DNA of 60,767 nt, counting the filler. It is 7 parts of 7 records of this genome, joined end to end, with 100 filler letters (N's around TTAATTAATTAA, not from the genome) between each part and the next. Parts side by side here need not be neighbours in the genome. Positions count along the whole stretch, not along the records: positions 54,565 to 60,767 come from SRR31156797_38382; 6 more parts are not named here. The stretch is one strand, 5' to 3'. Under the pieces are notes generated by a model. It had not been told where the DNA came from, ran no database searches, and was given only the letters and a program-made list of their open reading frames with translations. Both the position numbers and the translations under genes were made by a program. Shown here piece by piece: positions 57,791 through 60,767 of the stretch; position 1 is the stretch's first letter, and every line of letters starts with the position of its first letter.

Positions 57791-58561
57791 TTAAAAAGGT
57801 AAATAAAAACAAGCCTGAAAATTAAATCCAACCGTAGCCTTTGTAATACTGCTATTATGATTAGATAAAAGAAAACTAGGTCCCATTTCTAATGTAAAAC
57901 CTGCTTTCGATACATCTCCAAATCTTAATCCACCAGCAAGATTTATAGCACTAAAAGTGTTTGAGGGATCGCCAAATAAAGATTCAATATCCTCTGAATA
58001 AACACTCATGTTATCGTTGTAAAAATGAGTTGTCATTTTATGATCAATCAAGCGATTGATATCAGCACTGGTTGATAGATACCATAAAGCATACCTTGCA
58101 GAATACACATATGCTTTGACTCCTATTTGCAATCCGATATAATCTGAATTTTGACTAAACGAAGTTGTTCTAATAAAATGCAAATCCTGACCAGTTGGAT
58201 TAATGTTAACAAGCATAAAAGGTGAAGATCCATAATCATCCGCTTCCATGCTACTCCTTAAATTTGAATAATGTATCCCGGAATAAATGGCCAGTTTATT
58301 ATTTAAAATAGGTCGCTCGAATCTGATCCCCACTTTCCAGGAATCGAAAGTTCCATATACATAATCATATGTATCATAATAATCTTCTACATCTTTTCTG
58401 ATAAAAGAATATTCGTGTAAATCAGTATCAAGATAAGGTGTTGCATCTGCATAGATTCCAATACTCCAGGGAGATTTCTTTTCTTTGTCTTGAGAATAAG
58501 TATTTATGCCGAAAAGCACCAAGATGGCCATCATACTTATAAGCAAATAAGTTTTCTTCAT
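57791..58561 (-). CDS. Outer-membrane beta-barrel protein
   Basis: Signal peptide, alternating hydrophobic strands, C-terminal FYLPF. Confidence 0.7.
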   Translation of the reverse strand: MKKTYLLISMMAILVLFGINTYSQDKEKKSPWSIGIYADATPYLDTDLHEYSFIRKDVEDYYDTYDYVYGTFDSWKVGIRFERPILNNKLAIYSGIHYSNLRSSMEADDYGSSPFMLVNINPTGQDLHFIRTTSFSQNSDYIGLQIGVKAYVYSARYALWYLSTSADINRLIDHKMTTHFYNDNMSVYSEDIESLFGDPSNTFSAINLAGGLRFGDVSKAGFTLEMGPSFLLSNHNSSITKATVGFNFQACFYLPF

Positions 58562-59152
58562 AATTTTGTTAAGTTGTTAATTAAGTTCGAAAGATAAATA
58601 TTTTTTGTAAAATGACTTAACAAAAACAAAATGGTTGCGTGCAATAGAAATTAACTTAATTAGCACAGGAGTAGAAGCTAATTAAATTTTTATTTGATTC
58701 TATGAGGAAAACTATTTGTATAGCTTTACGACGTAAAAGTACTGAATAATGTCGAACAGAATTTTCTGGAATTAAACGAATGATATGCGGGTAATAAAGC
58801 CGGAAAATAAAAGGCTTTCATGTTGTGTGTTAAGGTGGATTTAGAAAAGTGTTATAAATGAGGGTTTAGTATTCATTTTATTGATAAGACATCCTCTTTA
58901 TCTTTAATTAGAATAGTGTCTTACCAGAAAGGTCATCTTTTTGCTTGATCAAAAAGAAGGAAAAAATCAAGAGCAATAGAACACTTCAACCCACATTAAT
59001 CTTCAATTCTAGCCTGCGCACAACCTCCTCAAGTGCCCTCTTGAAGATCTCTCTCCTCCGCTGGCTCGTGCTATTGCTGAGGCCTACGCACTATGAAACC
59101 AGTCAACTTTATTTAAGACTTCAAAATTAAATAAGCTTAGTAGTCTGCATTT

Positions 59153-59401
59153 TTACACCAACAACTCCTGGTAACCGTGCTTTTCAACCACCTTAACGGC
59201 CTTATTGTAGTCTTCTACACTCACTTCAATAACCATATGATCCATGGAGGTGGTTCCCATGTACGTATTTAAAAAGGAGGACGCAGGGTTGTCTGAAACA
59301 ATAAGGCTGTAAACGCCTTCATTTTCCAGTACACGTTTAATTTCTTCGGCAATGATTTTATCATTTACCTGTAATAATGGATGAATATCAACTTGGCTCA
59401 T
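59153..59401 (-). CDS. DUF2007-like putative signal-transducing protein
   Basis: AEEIKRVLENEGV and IEVSVEDYNKA motifs; start moved to MSQVD. Confidence 0.75.
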   Translation of the reverse strand: MSQVDIHPLLQVNDKIIAEEIKRVLENEGVYSLIVSDNPASSFLNTYMGTTSMDHMVIEVSVEDYNKAVKVVEKHGYQELLV

Positions 59402-59534
59402 ACGCAAGACATTTAGGTTGTTTAATAGGGGCAATATATGAAAATGTTTAAAAAACTTCCAGTTTATCGCTATTTTGAAGGGGTAGACAATAAAATAATA
59501 CCAAGTAAATTCGTAGGGCTTGTATTTTTAACAC

Positions 59535-59567
59535 AAAAAAAAGAGCTCTACCTCAGTAAAGCTCTTT
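59535..59567 (-). terminator. Intrinsic terminator downstream of gnd
   Basis: AAAGAGCT/AGCTCTTT stem with an A8 tract (T-tract on the minus strand). Confidence 0.65.
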
Positions 59568-59601
59568 GTAAGTAATATCTTGTTTATATCTAAACTAAAT
59601 T

Positions 59602-59750
59602 CAACTCCTCTGGAGTTGTTGTTGCTTTCATATCAGGGAAATCCAGAAATATGTAACACCTCCGGTGTTAAACCATTAAGATTCCGGAGGAATCTCATCA
59701 TTATAGCAATAGTCATAGTCTGCAAACCATAAGCGACTCCGGAGGAGTCG
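59602..59750. repeat. Cluster of four related REP-like palindromes
   Basis: CAACTCCTCTGGAGTTG, TAACACCTCCGGTGTTA, AGATTCCGGAGGAATCT, CGACTCCGGAGGAGTCG; the first two are inverted relative to the last two. Confidence 0.8.
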
Positions 59751-59876
59751 AACCTAGGCTTTCAATATAATTTGACCTTTTCTACCTTCTTAAAAAAGCC
59801 TTTTTTTACTTTCCTATAAGAGTCTATAGTAAAAAGATACTACACTCCTTGTCTTTATTCTTTTGTCTAAAATAAA

Positions 59877-60767
59877 CTACACATCATAAGTAGTTGAAGC
59901 TGTATCGCCACCTCTACCTGTCCAGTTGGTGTGGAAATACTCACCTCTTGGCTTATCAACTCTTTCGTAAGTATGCGCTCCAAAATAATCGCGCTGCGCC
60001 TGCAATAAGTTAGCCGGTAATTTTTCGGTTCTGTAACCATCAAAATAACTTAAGGCACTTGAGAAAGTAGGTACCGGAATACCATTCATTACGGCATGCG
60101 CCACTACTTGTCTCCATCCTTCTAGCGCTTCAGATACTTTATCTTTAAAATAAGGGTCTAGCAATAAGTTTGGTAAAGCTGGATTCTGATCAAAAGCATC
60201 TTTAATTTTACTTAAGAATGCAGAACGGATAATACATCCACCGCGCCACATTAATGCAATACCACCGTAATTTAAATCCCAGTTGTTTTCTTTGGCTGCT
60301 TCTTGCATCAATACATAACCCTGTGCATAGGATACAATTTTAGAAGCAAATAAGGCATCTTTAATATATTTAATAAACTGTGCCTTATCACCATCAAATT
60401 TCTTAATCGGTGATCCTAATACTTTAGCCGCTTCCACACGCTCTGCTTTTTGCGATGATAAACAACGTGCAAATACAGACTCTCCAATTAAGGTCAATGG
60501 AACCCCCAAATCAAGGGCTGTAATACCGGTCCATTTTCCGGTTCCTTTTTGTCCTGCTGCATCTAAAATATTTTCTACCAAAGGCTCACCATTTTCTTTG
60601 TAAGCCATAATATCGCGGGTAATCTCTATCAGGTAACTATCTAAATCTCCTTTATTCCACTCATCAAATATGTCGTGCATTTCATCGTGCGTTAAACCCA
60701 CATATTCTTTCATAATATGATAAGCTTCACTAATTAACTGCATATCGCCATATTCAATACCATTGTG
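59877..60767 (-). CDS. gnd: 6-phosphogluconate dehydrogenase (decarboxylating), 5' truncated
   Basis: [44 protein letters not shown]. Confidence 0.98.
   Translation of the reverse strand, partial: HNGIEYGDMQLISEAYHIMKEYVGLTHDEMHDIFDEWNKGDLDSYLIEITRDIMAYKENGEPLVENILDAAGQKGTGKWTGITALDLGVPLTLIGESVFARCLSSQKAERVEAAKVLGSPIKKFDGDKAQFIKYIKDALFASKIVSYAQGYVLMQEAAKENNWDLNYGGIALMWRGGCIIRSAFLSKIKDAFDQNPALPNLLLDPYFKDKVSEALEGWRQVVAHAVMNGIPVPTFSSALSYFDGYRTEKLPANLLQAQRDYFGAHTYERVDKPRGEYFHTNWTGRGGDTASTTYDV

Noticed and set aside
56908-59750. CRISPR array
   Set aside because: Repeats are inverted, degenerate and irregularly spaced; no direct repeat-spacer periodicity was seen anywhere in the window

Overview
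This window is not one locus. It is seven unrelated contigs joined by six artificial 100-nt linkers (44 N + TTAATTAATTAA + 44 N), so gene neighbourhoods are meaningful only within a contig. Taxonomic labels below are inferences from gene content and composition. (1) 1-18071, Desulfovibrionaceae-like: a tRNA-Pro 3' end followed by a metallophore/siderophore-type uptake locus with Fur-like boxes (YbtP/YbtQ-like ABC pair, FyuA-like TonB-dependent receptor, DUF4198, LolA-like/DUF1302-like/MMPL trio, DUF3450-ExbB-ExbB-ExbD-TonB-TPR, a SAM methyltransferase, a NifX-fused two-part permease). (2) 18172-25351, very AT-rich: mannosylglycerate genes mngR-mngA-mngB. (3) 25452-30613, Desulfobacterota-like: a PEP-CTERM protein behind a strongly base-paired ~130-nt leader, a pilin-like secreted protein, and a truncated TPR-CHAT protein. 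(4) 30714-41128, Bacteroidota: LacI, a SusD-less TonB receptor, a stand-alone P-loop kinase, a GH13_18 phosphorylase, an MFS transporter and a GH3. (5) 41229-48891, Bacteroidota: mixed genes including a periplasmic binding domain-TM-Schlafen/AlbA_2 fusion. (6) 48992-54464, GC-rich: a double solute-binding protein plus a kinase/regulator/hybrid kinase cascade. (7) 54565-60767, Bacteroidota: BlaR1/M56 protein, REP-like palindrome clusters and gnd. The best candidates for undescribed systems are the SBP-TM-Schlafen receptor, the kinase + sucrose-6F-phosphate-phosphorylase-like sugar pathway, the structured leader RNA and the anaerobe metallophore locus with YbtA-like boxes. All family calls come from motif recognition; no database searches were run.
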